Shown here in pieces: positions 1-10,155 of a stretch of DNA of 64,000 nucleotides (position 1 is its first letter; every line of letters starts with the position of its first letter). The position numbers and the translations under genes are program-made. Source of the DNA: Ignavibacteriota bacterium (GTDB lineage Bacteria > Bacteroidota > Ignavibacteria > UBA10030); contig OY969585.1 of the NCBI GenBank assembly GCA_963701295.1, forward strand, positions 512,827-576,826. The letters run 5' to 3'. The notes under the pieces are model-generated. The model did no database searches, was not told the DNA's origin, and saw only the letters and a program-made list of their open reading frames with translations.

Positions 1-2
1 CA

Positions 3-275
3 AAACAAGCTATCACTGTAGAACCGGATAACTCCGCGTACCTTGATACATACGGTTGGATTCTTTTCAAATTGCAGAAGTACGAAGATGCTGCGATGTA
101 CATTGAAAAGTCCATTGCAACCGGAAAGGCCAGTTCTGTTGTTCACGAACACCTCGGCGATGTTTATGAGAAGTTGGGGCAAAAGGAGAAGGCCCTAGAG
201 TTGTGGAAAAAAGCATTCGAGATGGATTCCAAGAACAAAGATGCAAAAGAAAAAATCGCGCGCGGAGCGAAGTGA
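3..275 (+). CDS. TPR-repeat protein, C-terminal part (5' end lies outside the window)
   Basis: The reading frame is open from the window edge. TPR-like helical motif ...EKALELWKKAFEMD... Stop TGA at 273-275. Confidence 0.6.
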   Translation, partial: KQAITVEPDNSAYLDTYGWILFKLQKYEDAAMYIEKSIATGKASSVVHEHLGDVYEKLGQKEKALELWKKAFEMDSKNKDAKEKIARGAK

Positions 276-1048
276 TGGTACAACGTTTTTCTTTCGCATT
301 GGTTCTTTTCTTTCTCTCGTTCATAGGATGCCGAACAACGAGCACGTTGAATCTAAGCAACCGATCTATCACTTCAGCGGAAGTTCAGGAAATCGCTCGT
401 ACACATCACGCACGTATTCAATCCATACAAGGTAAAGGGCGGATATCTGTTGAAACACAGGAGATGGCTCAAAGCGGTGCATTCATCTTAACACTTAGAA
501 AACCTGACTCCGTTCTCATCAATCTTCAAGGACCGTTCGGTATCAAAGTTGGATCAGCACTTGTAACCCGCACGGGATTTTCTTTCTATAATAGTCTAGA
601 GAATCAACTCATCACTGGTTCTACAAGCATAGAAAACCTGAATCGCATCCTTCACGTCCAACTAGATTTTGATGACCTGCTGAACATCTTTTCCGGCGGT
701 GGGTTTCTTGATGACGACCTCCGCTCACCCGACGAAACACGCATTGAAGACGACCAGTTTGTTTTCATCTATACTTCCCACAACTCCAGCCGGCGGTATT
801 GGATCGAACCAACATCTTTAAACATCCAAAGAATCCAGTTTTTGGATCGAAGCGGGAAGGTTACTCTTGAGCAGGCCTTCAATGACTTCGAGAATGTCGA
901 TGGGCTTGCGATGCCGTACGCCATTTGTATCACACAGCCAAAAACGCAGCAAATGCTAACTCTAAAGTATTCCGATATCATGGTGAACGTCAAACAACTT
1001 CAGTTCACCTTTACGATTCCACAGAACGCAGAACGAATTCGCTGGTAA
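275..1048 (+). CDS. Lipoprotein, DUF4292/LolB-like (putative)
   Basis: The ATG overlaps the upstream stop as TGATG. Lipoprotein signal peptide LVLFFLSFIGC. Bacteroidota-type TPR / DUF4292 / M23 gene neighbourhood. Confidence 0.5.
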   Translation: MVQRFSFALVLFFLSFIGCRTTSTLNLSNRSITSAEVQEIARTHHARIQSIQGKGRISVETQEMAQSGAFILTLRKPDSVLINLQGPFGIKVGSALVTRTGFSFYNSLENQLITGSTSIENLNRILHVQLDFDDLLNIFSGGGFLDDDLRSPDETRIEDDQFVFIYTSHNSSRRYWIEPTSLNIQRIQFLDRSGKVTLEQAFNDFENVDGLAMPYAICITQPKTQQMLTLKYSDIMVNVKQLQFTFTIPQNAERIRW

Positions 1049-2307
1049 TGTGCTCTCTGTCTCGCATCTTTCTCTTCATCCTGTCTCTCCTCTTCGTGCT
1101 TCCTGCTACTGCCCAAAAAACGGAACGGGAGATTAAACAGAAGGAAGATGAGCTGCAAAAACTTCGCAGCGACATTCAAGCGTACGAAAAGATATTAAGG
1201 GAGAGCGACAAGAAAGAAAAAGCCACGCTTGAACGCCTCAATAATCTCGAACGGCAGTCCATTCTTATCCGCCAATTGATTCAGAAACTTCGAGAAGAAG
1301 AACTTGGAATGACTGCAGAAATCGACACCGCCAAAACAGCGATTGCCGGATTGGAGGGACAACTTCAGTTTCTGAAATCTCATTATGCCAACTATGTCTG
1401 TTCGGTATATAAACATGGACGTGTGTACGATCTCGAATTACTTTTCTCTTCTCAATCGATCAACCAGCTTTCTATCCGCATTCAATATTTGAAGAAATTT
1501 TCCGAGCAACGCGCTAAAGACCTCAAAGAAATCGACGAAAACAAAGTAATACTGGAACAGAAGAATGAGCAGTTGCAAGTAAAGCTGCAGAGCGAACGAC
1601 AACTTCTGATTGAGAAAACCCGTGAAGAGGAAAACCTCAAGAGAACATTTTCCCGGCGACAAACAGTGCTCAAGAAAATTCGGAAAAATAAAAAAACATA
1701 TCAAAAAGAACTTAACCGCAAGATGGGAGCGTTTCAGCAAATTGAAAAACTTATTGCAGATCTGATTGAGAAAGAACAAATTCGGAAAGAACGTGAGGAA
1801 ACCGAACGTCGGGAACGTGAGATAGCAGAAGCGCGGGAACGCGAACAAGTAAAAAGTATTCCATCGCCCACACTAAAATCGGTTGAACTGAAGACCTCTT
1901 TTGCCTTTGCACAGCAAAGAGGAAAGCTCCGATGGCCAGTTACACATGGATCAGTGCAATCACGCTTTGGCAATCAGATCAATCCTGTTCTGAAAACAGT
2001 CACACAGAACACTGGTATCGACATAGCCACACCAGTTGGTTCCGATGTCCTTGCTGTTGCAGACGGAGAAGTAGCCGTACTGTCTTTCATTCCCGGTTTC
2101 GGTAATGTACTCATCTTAAATCACTACAACGGTTACCGTACAGTATATGCACATCTCTCAGATGTTTCAGTCACAGAGTCACAACGCATCACAGAGGGAA
2201 CGGTCATAGCAAAAAGCGGCGACACTGTAGCAGGTGCTATTCTCCACTTTGAAATTTGGAAAGAACGGGAAAAACAAAATCCTGAATGGTGGTTGGCAAA
2301 ACGTTGA
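1048..2307 (+). CDS. Coiled-coil M23 (LytM) metallopeptidase, EnvC-like murein hydrolase activator
   Basis: Signal peptide. About 250 aa of coiled coil rich in E, K and R. C-terminal M23 motifs GIDIATPVGSDVLAVADGEV ... HLS ... ILHFEIW. Confidence 0.8.
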   Translation: MCSLSRIFLFILSLLFVLPATAQKTEREIKQKEDELQKLRSDIQAYEKILRESDKKEKATLERLNNLERQSILIRQLIQKLREEELGMTAEIDTAKTAIAGLEGQLQFLKSHYANYVCSVYKHGRVYDLELLFSSQSINQLSIRIQYLKKFSEQRAKDLKEIDENKVILEQKNEQLQVKLQSERQLLIEKTREEENLKRTFSRRQTVLKKIRKNKKTYQKELNRKMGAFQQIEKLIADLIEKEQIRKEREETERREREIAEAREREQVKSIPSPTLKSVELKTSFAFAQQRGKLRWPVTHGSVQSRFGNQINPVLKTVTQNTGIDIATPVGSDVLAVADGEVAVLSFIPGFGNVLILNHYNGYRTVYAHLSDVSVTESQRITEGTVIAKSGDTVAGAILHFEIWKEREKQNPEWWLAKR

Positions 2308-2523
2308 TAATTTTCAGTATTCACCAGTCGTTATCGTGTCGCTCCAATCATCAAATCAAACCTCTATCCATTTATCCAAAGCATCAATACTCCACAAATT
2401 TCCGCACTTCCAAAAATATATTTATGGATTGTAATAAGTTTCTCTTTTCTTTACAAAAACGTCAAAGAGTAATTGTTGTTTTGCCCCCATCTTTTCCTTA
2501 CATTAGAATCAGGTGTAAGAATT

Positions 2524-2598
2524 CGGGGTGTGGCTCAGCCCGGTTAGAGCGCCTGCCTTGGGCGCAGGAGGCCGGAGGTTCGAATCCTCTCACCCCGA
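2524..2598 (+). tRNA. tRNA-Pro (anticodon UGG)
   Basis: Cloverleaf: acceptor stem CGGGGTG pairs with CACCCCG. Anticodon loop CTTGGGC. T-loop GGTTCGAATCC. Confidence 0.85.
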
Positions 2599-2819
2599 CA
2601 TATTCTTACATATTTTATAGCATTTTTACAACAATTCCGTTGTATGGTGCATTCAGATTCATTTTTGAGGCAGCATCTATCAGACATCTTCGTCAGTGCC
2701 GCCTTCTTGTTCTTTTGAGTGACTTGGTTTATTGACAATATCTTGGAAATTATCTACCATGAATCGCCGAAGTGTATTTTTGCTAATAGAAATAATAAGC
2801 TCCTCAAAAGGAGAGAGCA

Positions 2820-5519
2820 ATGGCTAAAGGGCCAGAAAATCCAAGAAGTGCTGAGCAGTTAAAAGAAGTCGCGATATTCCTGAAGCAAGCTGATAAACTT
2901 GTACGAGAAGGGAACCACGTTGCTGCATTGGAAGAGATTGCCAAAGCACGCGCACGGGATCCAAGGAATCTGTATGCTTTAGCATATGAGGAACGAGTCC
3001 GTTCTCTTGTCACGGCTCAGAAAGATAAGAAACCGGAGATGGGTTACACTTCTCCGCAACCTACAACACCTCAACCTCTTCCGGCTGCTTTAGAACACAT
3101 CTCGAACCTTGCTATTGTGGAAGCGCAACGTTCTGCTGCCGTTGCAGTAAAGCAAGAACAAGAAGTAATACTTCGCAAAAAGGAGGAAGAAGACCGCCGG
3201 AAGAATGAAGAGCTTCGGCGACAAGCCATCGAATCTAAGATTACCACCTTCCTCACACGCTCAAAGGATTATTTAGAAAAAGGAGACTTCGATCGTGCGC
3301 TGGATGAAATTGCGCGTGCATACCTGCTTGATCCTGCTAATGAAAAAATTCATGCAGCAGAAAACAACATACGGAAGAGGCAAGAAGAGACCCGATTACG
3401 TGATGAACAAGAACGACTTCAGAAACAGCAGGATGACGAACGCAAGCGCCAAGAGCTTCTGAGAGCTCAAGTGGCGCGCATGCAAAAAGAGAAGGAAGAA
3501 AAGCGGCGCAAAGAAGAAGAAGCGCGCAGACAGGCACAACAACAGAAGATTACCCAATATCTTGATCGTGCGGAAGATTTCCTCAATAACGGACATCTTG
3601 ATGATGCGTTAAGTGAATTAGCATTTGTCGTTGTAATAGATCCACTGAATGAAGAAGTCCTGGCATTAGAGCGAAAAATTCGTGATGCCCAAGAACAGGA
3701 ACAAGCAGAACAATTTGAGCAATACCGTAAACGGGAAGAAGAGCAGCGAAAAAAGCGAGAAGCAATCTTTGGAGCGATTCAAAAGCACATCGAAAATGCC
3801 GAACGGCTCGCCGGTCAACAAAAATGGTCGGAAGCGTTGCGAGTTATTACACGGGCATATGTATTGGATCCTGTGAATGATGCATTGCAAGCTTGCGAGA
3901 AACGTATTCAGGCAGCACAAGAAGAGGCATTGGATATTGCTGGAGAGCAACGCCGAGTTCAAGAAGAAACCGTACGCCGCCGACAAGAAGAAGAACTTCG
4001 CCAGCTTGAACAAGCAGAACGTGAACGTGCCGTACTCGGCGAGAGTGCTGAAACCGAAGCGAAACGACGTGCTGACAAGGAGAAGGTTTTCCTCTACCTG
4101 ACCAAGGCCCGTGGGTACCTGACCGATGGAAGATACGAAGATGCTCTCGGTGAAGTCGCGCTTGCATTTATCGTCAATCCGTTTGATGAAGATGTAAAAC
4201 AGATGGAGCAGGAAGTTATTGCGGCACAGGACCAGAAAAAAGCACAAGAAGCAGCTTCAGCGAAAGAGGATTTAGCAGCTATTCCTGCTGACGAGACCGC
4301 TGAACAAATTTCCAATTATATCGCGGAAGCATCTCGTTATGCATCCGAGAGTGAGTTCAGTAAGGCACTCGACGAGGTTGCAAAAGCATTCATGCTTGAT
4401 CCTTTAAATGAGTCAATCCAGAAATTCGAATCTCAACTTCAAAAAGAATTTCACGATTACCAAGAGGAACAGCATAAGATACAACAAGAAGAAGCTCGAG
4501 AAAATGCCATCATCAAACATCAAGCACGGGCAAAGGAATTTCTTAATCGAGAAGCATTTGACGAAGCATTGACAGAAGTTGCAGATGGATATTCCTACGA
4601 CCCAAACAATGCAACACTCATAGCTCTCGAGCAACAGATTCAAGATGCCTATCAACGGTGGCAAGGAAGGCAGGCAGAGGAAGAGAAAAATACTCAAATT
4701 GAAGATTTCCTTTTCAAAGCAAAAGAGTACCTCGCAAAGGAATTATTCGAAGAGGCTCTCAAGACTATCACACAAGCTATCGTATTGGATCCAAAGAGAG
4801 AAGCTTTAAAATCAACAAAAGGGGAAATCGAAAAGGCACAAGAAGCATTCAAGAAACGGAAGCAGTCAGAAGAAAGCAATAAAGTCATCCAAAAACACAT
4901 CTTCCGTGCGAAGGAATGCAGGGTCCTCCGCAGCTACGAAGAAGCCATTGACGAAATCGATCAAGCGCTCACAATCGATTCTTCACGGGAAGATTTACTC
5001 CAGCTTAAAAATCAATTACAACAGGAGTTTACCGAGTGGCAAGCACAGAAAGATCAGAATACCCAACAGACATCGCTCAAACAGCATCTCCGTCAGGCAC
5101 GTGAACATCTTACTAATAAAGTATACGATGAAGCGCTTATGGAGATTGCCCTTGGATTATCGATCGATCCCAAAAACTCAGATCTCGTAGCACTTGAAGA
5201 AGAGGTTATCAAGACCCAGGCAGATGCTGAGCTGGCAGAGAGTGAACTTGCCGCGAAATCATCCGAATCTAGTTTCAAAAATGAGGAACGAGATCAGTTG
5301 ATATGGATTCATTTACGGGCGGCAGACGAACTCCAGAAACAAAATGAATTTGCTCAAGCACTTGATGAATTGGCGAAAGCATATGTCATTGACCCGTTGA
5401 ACAAGGAAGTCAAAAAAGCAGAACTCCGCGTACGGCAAAATGAAATCCGACATGCACAACAGACCGGTCAGACACTAAAATTGATTTACCCAAACGAAAA
5501 ATCAATGGGCGGAAGCTGA
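2820..5519 (+). CDS. Repeat protein: about 11 TPR-like units (A-x-YL-x-G-x-[FY]-[DE]-x-AL-x-E[IV]-x-x-A[YF]-x-[LI]DP-x-N) separated by ER/K-rich single-alpha-helix-like spacers
   Basis: 899-aa ORF with an RBS (AAAGGAGAG). The roughly 35-aa motif is visible about 11 times in the translation. No transmembrane segment or signal peptide. Confidence 0.7.
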   Translation: MAKGPENPRSAEQLKEVAIFLKQADKLVREGNHVAALEEIAKARARDPRNLYALAYEERVRSLVTAQKDKKPEMGYTSPQPTTPQPLPAALEHISNLAIVEAQRSAAVAVKQEQEVILRKKEEEDRRKNEELRRQAIESKITTFLTRSKDYLEKGDFDRALDEIARAYLLDPANEKIHAAENNIRKRQEETRLRDEQERLQKQQDDERKRQELLRAQVARMQKEKEEKRRKEEEARRQAQQQKITQYLDRAEDFLNNGHLDDALSELAFVVVIDPLNEEVLALERKIRDAQEQEQAEQFEQYRKREEEQRKKREAIFGAIQKHIENAERLAGQQKWSEALRVITRAYVLDPVNDALQACEKRIQAAQEEALDIAGEQRRVQEETVRRRQEEELRQLEQAERERAVLGESAETEAKRRADKEKVFLYLTKARGYLTDGRYEDALGEVALAFIVNPFDEDVKQMEQEVIAAQDQKKAQEAASAKEDLAAIPADETAEQISNYIAEASRYASESEFSKALDEVAKAFMLDPLNESIQKFESQLQKEFHDYQEEQHKIQQEEARENAIIKHQARAKEFLNREAFDEALTEVADGYSYDPNNATLIALEQQIQDAYQRWQGRQAEEEKNTQIEDFLFKAKEYLAKELFEEALKTITQAIVLDPKREALKSTKGEIEKAQEAFKKRKQSEESNKVIQKHIFRAKECRVLRSYEEAIDEIDQALTIDSSREDLLQLKNQLQQEFTEWQAQKDQNTQQTSLKQHLRQAREHLTNKVYDEALMEIALGLSIDPKNSDLVALEEEVIKTQADAELAESELAAKSSESSFKNEERDQLIWIHLRAADELQKQNEFAQALDELAKAYVIDPLNKEVKKAELRVRQNEIRHAQQTGQTLKLIYPNEKSMGGS

Positions 5520-5546
5520 TAACAGTACATACAACGAGACGACAAC

Positions 5547-6866
5547 ATGGAACCACAAGATATATTGACCACTCAACAATTCGTTGTCGATCGATTGCAT
5601 GATATTCAGCGAAAAGCGGAAACCAGTAAGTTCACTGATGCTCTTACGACCATAAAAGAAGTAAAGACGGCGGATTCAAAGAACATATACCTTATCGCCA
5701 TTGAAAAACAGATTGCAAAATTATGTGATAGTTCGTTGCCGGAGGAAAGCCGTTCTGGAATTGTAAGATCACTTCCTTCCATGATTGATCGCGCTATCAG
5801 CGATATCCAACGCCGTGCTTCAGTTCCTAAAGTAGATGATTCACAAAAGGAACAAAAGGAAGCCGCTCTCGAAAAACTAAAAAATCAGTATTTTCAACGT
5901 GCAGATGATTATGTTGAAAAACAAGAATATCAACGCGCACTGGAAGAAATCAGACGTATTTATATTATCGAACCGGGAAGCGTTGTTGCTAAGGAATATG
6001 AACAAAAGATTGAACAACTCGCTGCTTTGCATGCCCGCAACGAAGCAGAAGCAGCAACTTCAGCAGAAATAAAAGGAACTAAAGCAGATATAAAAGAACC
6101 GCAAGTAGAAGTCAAGAAGCCAAAAAAGACAGTTCCAGACATTGAGCCTCCAAAAGAAAAAGTCGCGTTGCAACCTGAAGGAAGTTCAAAGAAATCAAAA
6201 TTATCCATATTGATAGCAGCTGCAGCGGTAGTGATTCTTGCTCTTGGGGCATGGATTTTTTTCTCTCGTAATTCCTCAAGTGGTACACAGACAAATCAAC
6301 AACAGATACAACCACCATCGCCTCGGCAGGATAGCGTGATTATACTTTCACCCACAACTACTTCAACTCCTCAATCCGGAAAGGGATCTGCTCCTATTGC
6401 AGAAACATCGAAACAACCTGCAAAAATTGAAAAGAAACAACCAGAAGTGAAACCTGTTCAACCTGCTGTAGCAACAACGCAACCAACGAATACGAAGCCA
6501 CTAACTGGGCAGACTCCTTCCGCTACGCCAACACAACAACCTGCACAACAACCCAGCACGACAGAAAGCGCCCCAGCACCAATGCCTTTTGTCGCAATCG
6601 AAAATCCACCTGAGATTATTCGTCGTGAGCCCGCAAAGTACCCGGAAATTGCTATCAAGATGGGAATTCAGGGAAGGGTTACAGTTGAAGTCACTGTCGA
6701 TGTTCAAGGGAAACCGATTCAGACGAAAGTAGTGAAAAGTTCGAGCGATGTCTTTAATGATGCAGCTATTGAAGCTGTCATGAAGTATACATTTAAACCT
6801 GCAATGCAATCTACTGGTCCGGTAACCGCAAAAGTATATATACCTATTGATTTCCGCTTAAAGTGA
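5547..6866 (+). CDS. TonB C-terminal-domain protein with a long N-terminal cytoplasmic extension carrying two copies of the same TPR-like unit, one TM helix and a Pro/Thr/Gln-rich linker
   Basis: TM helix LSILIAAAAVVILALGAWIFF. P/T/Q-rich spacer. C-terminal TonB-type domain ...IIRREPAKYPEIAIKMGIQGRVTVEVTVD...KVYIPIDFRL. Confidence 0.7.
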   Translation: MEPQDILTTQQFVVDRLHDIQRKAETSKFTDALTTIKEVKTADSKNIYLIAIEKQIAKLCDSSLPEESRSGIVRSLPSMIDRAISDIQRRASVPKVDDSQKEQKEAALEKLKNQYFQRADDYVEKQEYQRALEEIRRIYIIEPGSVVAKEYEQKIEQLAALHARNEAEAATSAEIKGTKADIKEPQVEVKKPKKTVPDIEPPKEKVALQPEGSSKKSKLSILIAAAAVVILALGAWIFFSRNSSSGTQTNQQQIQPPSPRQDSVIILSPTTTSTPQSGKGSAPIAETSKQPAKIEKKQPEVKPVQPAVATTQPTNTKPLTGQTPSATPTQQPAQQPSTTESAPAPMPFVAIENPPEIIRREPAKYPEIAIKMGIQGRVTVEVTVDVQGKPIQTKVVKSSSDVFNDAAIEAVMKYTFKPAMQSTGPVTAKVYIPIDFRLK

Positions 6867-6875
6867 AAATAAAAA

Positions 6876-6910
6876 GGCTTCTTCATAATCAAGAAGAAGT
6901 CTTTTTATTT
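6876..6910. terminator. Bidirectional rho-independent terminator between the convergent TonB-like and RND genes
   Basis: Hairpin GGCTTCTTC-ataatcaa-GAAGAAGTC followed by TTTTTATTT. Preceded by an A-run that serves the opposite strand. Confidence 0.6.
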
Positions 6911-6935
6911 AATCTTGTTGTGACTCTATCGATGC

Positions 6936-9900
6936 TCACTGAATCATTTTCGCGGAGGACTTTGTTCGCTTTATATATTCAGGAACATGTTTTAGATCTA
7001 CCTCTTGCCCATTGTGCCTTCTTTTAAAAAGTGCCGATGGTTTTTTAAAGAATGCTGGGATTTTTTCTTTCCATTCATCTATTTTCATATAGACAACAGG
7101 TACAACAATTAATGTTAGGAACAATGAGCTTGTTAAACCACCGATGATTGCCCATGCTAGACCAGATTTAAATTCTGAACCAGAAGAAGTCGATAATGCA
7201 ATTGGCATCATACCAAAAATCATCGTAAATGTCGTCATTAAAATTGGTCGCAATCGGGATTTAGCAGCTTCTAATAAAGCGTCATGAACTGATAAGCCTT
7301 GTTCCGACCTGGTCTGAATGGTTCTATCAACAAGCAGAATTGCATTCTTGGTCACTAGTCCAACCAACATAATAATACCGAGGATGGTAAAGATACTAAG
7401 CGATTTCCCAGTAACTGCCAGTGCAATCATTGCACCGATTATTGCCAGTGGAATTGCAAATAGAACAACGAAAGGATAGACATACGAATCGTACAAAGCG
7501 ACCATAATCAGATAGACAAATAGAATGCCGGTTAACAAGGCAAGAAAAAGGTTGATGAAGCTGTCACCACGCATCTTTTCCATGCCAAGGTACGAGAGGG
7601 TAATTCCGGTTGGAAGCTGCACGCCCGCAATTTTATTTTTAAAATCTTGCATAATCGTTCCTGTCGGCCTGCCTAATGTTTGAGCATACACATTCACCAT
7701 GCTGATGCGATCTCTTCGTTCCAATTTTGTCGGTCCGGAAGACATAAATACATTGGCAAATTGTTTCAGTTCAATCAATTGGCCGCGATTGTTCATAAAG
7801 GTAATACCGCCGATACTTTCAGTACGCGAACGATTGTATTCATCAAACTGAATGCGAATATCATATTCGTTTGTACCATCACGGTACTTCGATTCATCGT
7901 CTCCGGTTAATGCCACACGCAGTGTCGTACCGACATCCGCAACAGATAAACCAAGCTGTGCCAACTTTGCGCGATCAATCGAAATCTGCATCTCAGGTTT
8001 TCCAGATTCAGAAGAAAGGCGGACATCAGTTGTTCCTTCTATAGAACTTAAGACATTCTTGACTTGATCTGCAGCTTGCGCAATAAGTTTGTTATCGGTT
8101 CCGTTAACTCCTATTTGAATAGCAGATTGATCTGAAGAGCCAAATATACCGATTGGATTTACATACACTTTTGCTCCCGGAATCTGACGCACTTTTGCTT
8201 TGATTTCTTCACCCACTTGCAATGTGGTTTTTTTACGATTCTCTTTTGGGATAAGCGCCACATTAAACTGTACCAGGTTATTGCTTGACAAAGTAAGAGA
8301 GCCACTTTCCTGTGCTCCGACCCCTGTAAAGACCTTTTTTATTTCCGGCATTTGAGATAGTATCTTTTCTATCTGTAATCCCGCCTGGTTGGTCTGTTCC
8401 ACAGAATATCCGGGCATAAATTCAACAGATACACCAAATTCACCACGATCCGTCTGAGGCATAAATTCATTACCTATAAGTCCAAAGGCGGGAATCAACA
8501 ATGCTAAAATAAATATGCCGGTTGCTCCGAGAGCAACCTTTCCTTTGTTCACAAGAGACCATTTTAGCATTTTTTGATAGAAATCAGAGAACCTGTGATA
8601 AAACCTTTCAAATGCAAGCGCAAATCTTCCCAGCAACGTCCGGTCCGTCAATCGTTCTAATTTTGCAAAACGCGATGCAAGCGTTGGTGTAACAGTAAAT
8701 GATACAAAGAGGCTCATTAAGGTCGCGCCTACGACAACAAGTGCATATTGCCGCATAATTTGTCCCACAATGCCAGAAACTAATGACAACGGTAAGAACA
8801 CCACCACATCTACCATAGTGATTGAAAGTGCTGCTAAACCGATTTCATTTCTTCCGCGTAACGCAGCAGTACGAGATTCTTCTCCTTTTTCTATGTGATG
8901 ATAAATATTTTCTAAGACAACTATTGAATCGTCTACAAGAATACCAATCACGAGCGACAAACCGAGCAGTGTCATTATATTCATGGAAAAATCAAATGCA
9001 TACATGAATATGAAAGTCGCTATTAAGGAACAAGGAATCGCGACTAGTACAATAAGCGAATTCCGAATGCTGTGTAAAAAGAGCAGCATCACGATAGCTA
9101 CCATCAGAACTGCCAGCATGAGGTCTTTTTTCACGGCATTCGCAGATTCCATCGTAAAAGTTGAGCTGTCTTGAGCAATATCAAAAACAATTCCCTGCTC
9201 TTTGTACTCCGCTTGAATTTTCTGCAATTCTTTCCGCACTAATTCACTAACACTCACAGCATTGGCGTCGGATTGCTTGACAACTTGAATTCCTACAGAT
9301 GTTCGTCCATTCACACGGTTCATTTGTTCATACTCTTTGATTCCATCCTGGACTTCTGCAATATCCCGCAAACGTATATCACCGCCTTGGCGAGAATGTC
9401 CCACAACAAGATCCCTGAGATCTTCAATAGATTTGAACTTACCTGCGATACGCACTACAAATTGTGCATCCTCATCTTTTATTTTCCCTGTTGGAAAATC
9501 CATATTGGCTGAACGTACCGTTTGAACAACCTGCATAATAGACATACCGTATGCGCGTACCTTATTCGCATCCATGTTCACTTTGATCTCGCGTTCTTCA
9601 CCGCCCGTGAGAGATACTTGAGCAACGCCGGCAATCTTGGATATTCTAGGTTGTACGCGATCCTTTAGGAATTGAAAGAATTCCCGGGAGTCCATTTGAC
9701 TGGTAACTCCCATTTTTAGAACGGGAATTTCATCGAATGCGATCTTCGATACAGTAGGCGTTTTTGCGTCTGTCGGAAGATTGGCAAGAATCGCATTTAC
9801 TTTGCGAGATGCATCTTGTACTGCAAAGTCGATGTTTGCATCCTGTTTAAATTCGATAATAACGAGAGACATACTCTCATACGACCTGGAACTTACAGCA

Positions 9901-10133
9901 TCAATTTTATCTATTCCGGACACGGCATCCTCAATAACTTTTGAAACATTGTTTTCTACCTCATATGGAGATGCACCGGGGTAAATCGTTTGCACCACGA
10001 CGACAGGAATGGACATTTTTGGAAGTAACTCATAATTCAACTGGAAGTAACTAAATAGTCCCAGCACGGCTATTACCGTGAAAGCTACAACTACAAGTGT
10101 GGGACGTTTTATAGATAATTCTGTAATCGTCAT
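6936..10133 (-). CDS. RND efflux transporter, AcrB/HAE1-like inner-membrane pump
   Basis: 1065 aa. 12-TM RND architecture with two large periplasmic loops. Operon position after the membrane-fusion gene. Confidence 0.9.
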   Translation of the reverse strand: MTITELSIKRPTLVVVAFTVIAVLGLFSYFQLNYELLPKMSIPVVVVQTIYPGASPYEVENNVSKVIEDAVSGIDKIDAVSSRSYESMSLVIIEFKQDANIDFAVQDASRKVNAILANLPTDAKTPTVSKIAFDEIPVLKMGVTSQMDSREFFQFLKDRVQPRISKIAGVAQVSLTGGEEREIKVNMDANKVRAYGMSIMQVVQTVRSANMDFPTGKIKDEDAQFVVRIAGKFKSIEDLRDLVVGHSRQGGDIRLRDIAEVQDGIKEYEQMNRVNGRTSVGIQVVKQSDANAVSVSELVRKELQKIQAEYKEQGIVFDIAQDSSTFTMESANAVKKDLMLAVLMVAIVMLLFLHSIRNSLIVLVAIPCSLIATFIFMYAFDFSMNIMTLLGLSLVIGILVDDSIVVLENIYHHIEKGEESRTAALRGRNEIGLAALSITMVDVVVFLPLSLVSGIVGQIMRQYALVVVGATLMSLFVSFTVTPTLASRFAKLERLTDRTLLGRFALAFERFYHRFSDFYQKMLKWSLVNKGKVALGATGIFILALLIPAFGLIGNEFMPQTDRGEFGVSVEFMPGYSVEQTNQAGLQIEKILSQMPEIKKVFTGVGAQESGSLTLSSNNLVQFNVALIPKENRKKTTLQVGEEIKAKVRQIPGAKVYVNPIGIFGSSDQSAIQIGVNGTDNKLIAQAADQVKNVLSSIEGTTDVRLSSESGKPEMQISIDRAKLAQLGLSVADVGTTLRVALTGDDESKYRDGTNEYDIRIQFDEYNRSRTESIGGITFMNNRGQLIELKQFANVFMSSGPTKLERRDRISMVNVYAQTLGRPTGTIMQDFKNKIAGVQLPTGITLSYLGMEKMRGDSFINLFLALLTGILFVYLIMVALYDSYVYPFVVLFAIPLAIIGAMIALAVTGKSLSIFTILGIIMLVGLVTKNAILLVDRTIQTRSEQGLSVHDALLEAAKSRLRPILMTTFTMIFGMMPIALSTSSGSEFKSGLAWAIIGGLTSSLFLTLIVVPVVYMKIDEWKEKIPAFFKKPSALFKRRHNGQEVDLKHVPEYIKRTKSSAKMIQ

Positions 10134-10155
10134 TGTTCTATTCCTTTATTTCACA

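Noticed and set aside
72-435. Short ORFs 72-275 and 241-435
   Set aside because: The first is just the 3' part of the longer TPR ORF that enters from the window edge. The second is an alternative frame over the lipoprotein gene start.
7680-9984. Multiple short plus-strand ORFs
   Set aside because: They lie inside the RND pump gene on the opposite strand and are spurious.
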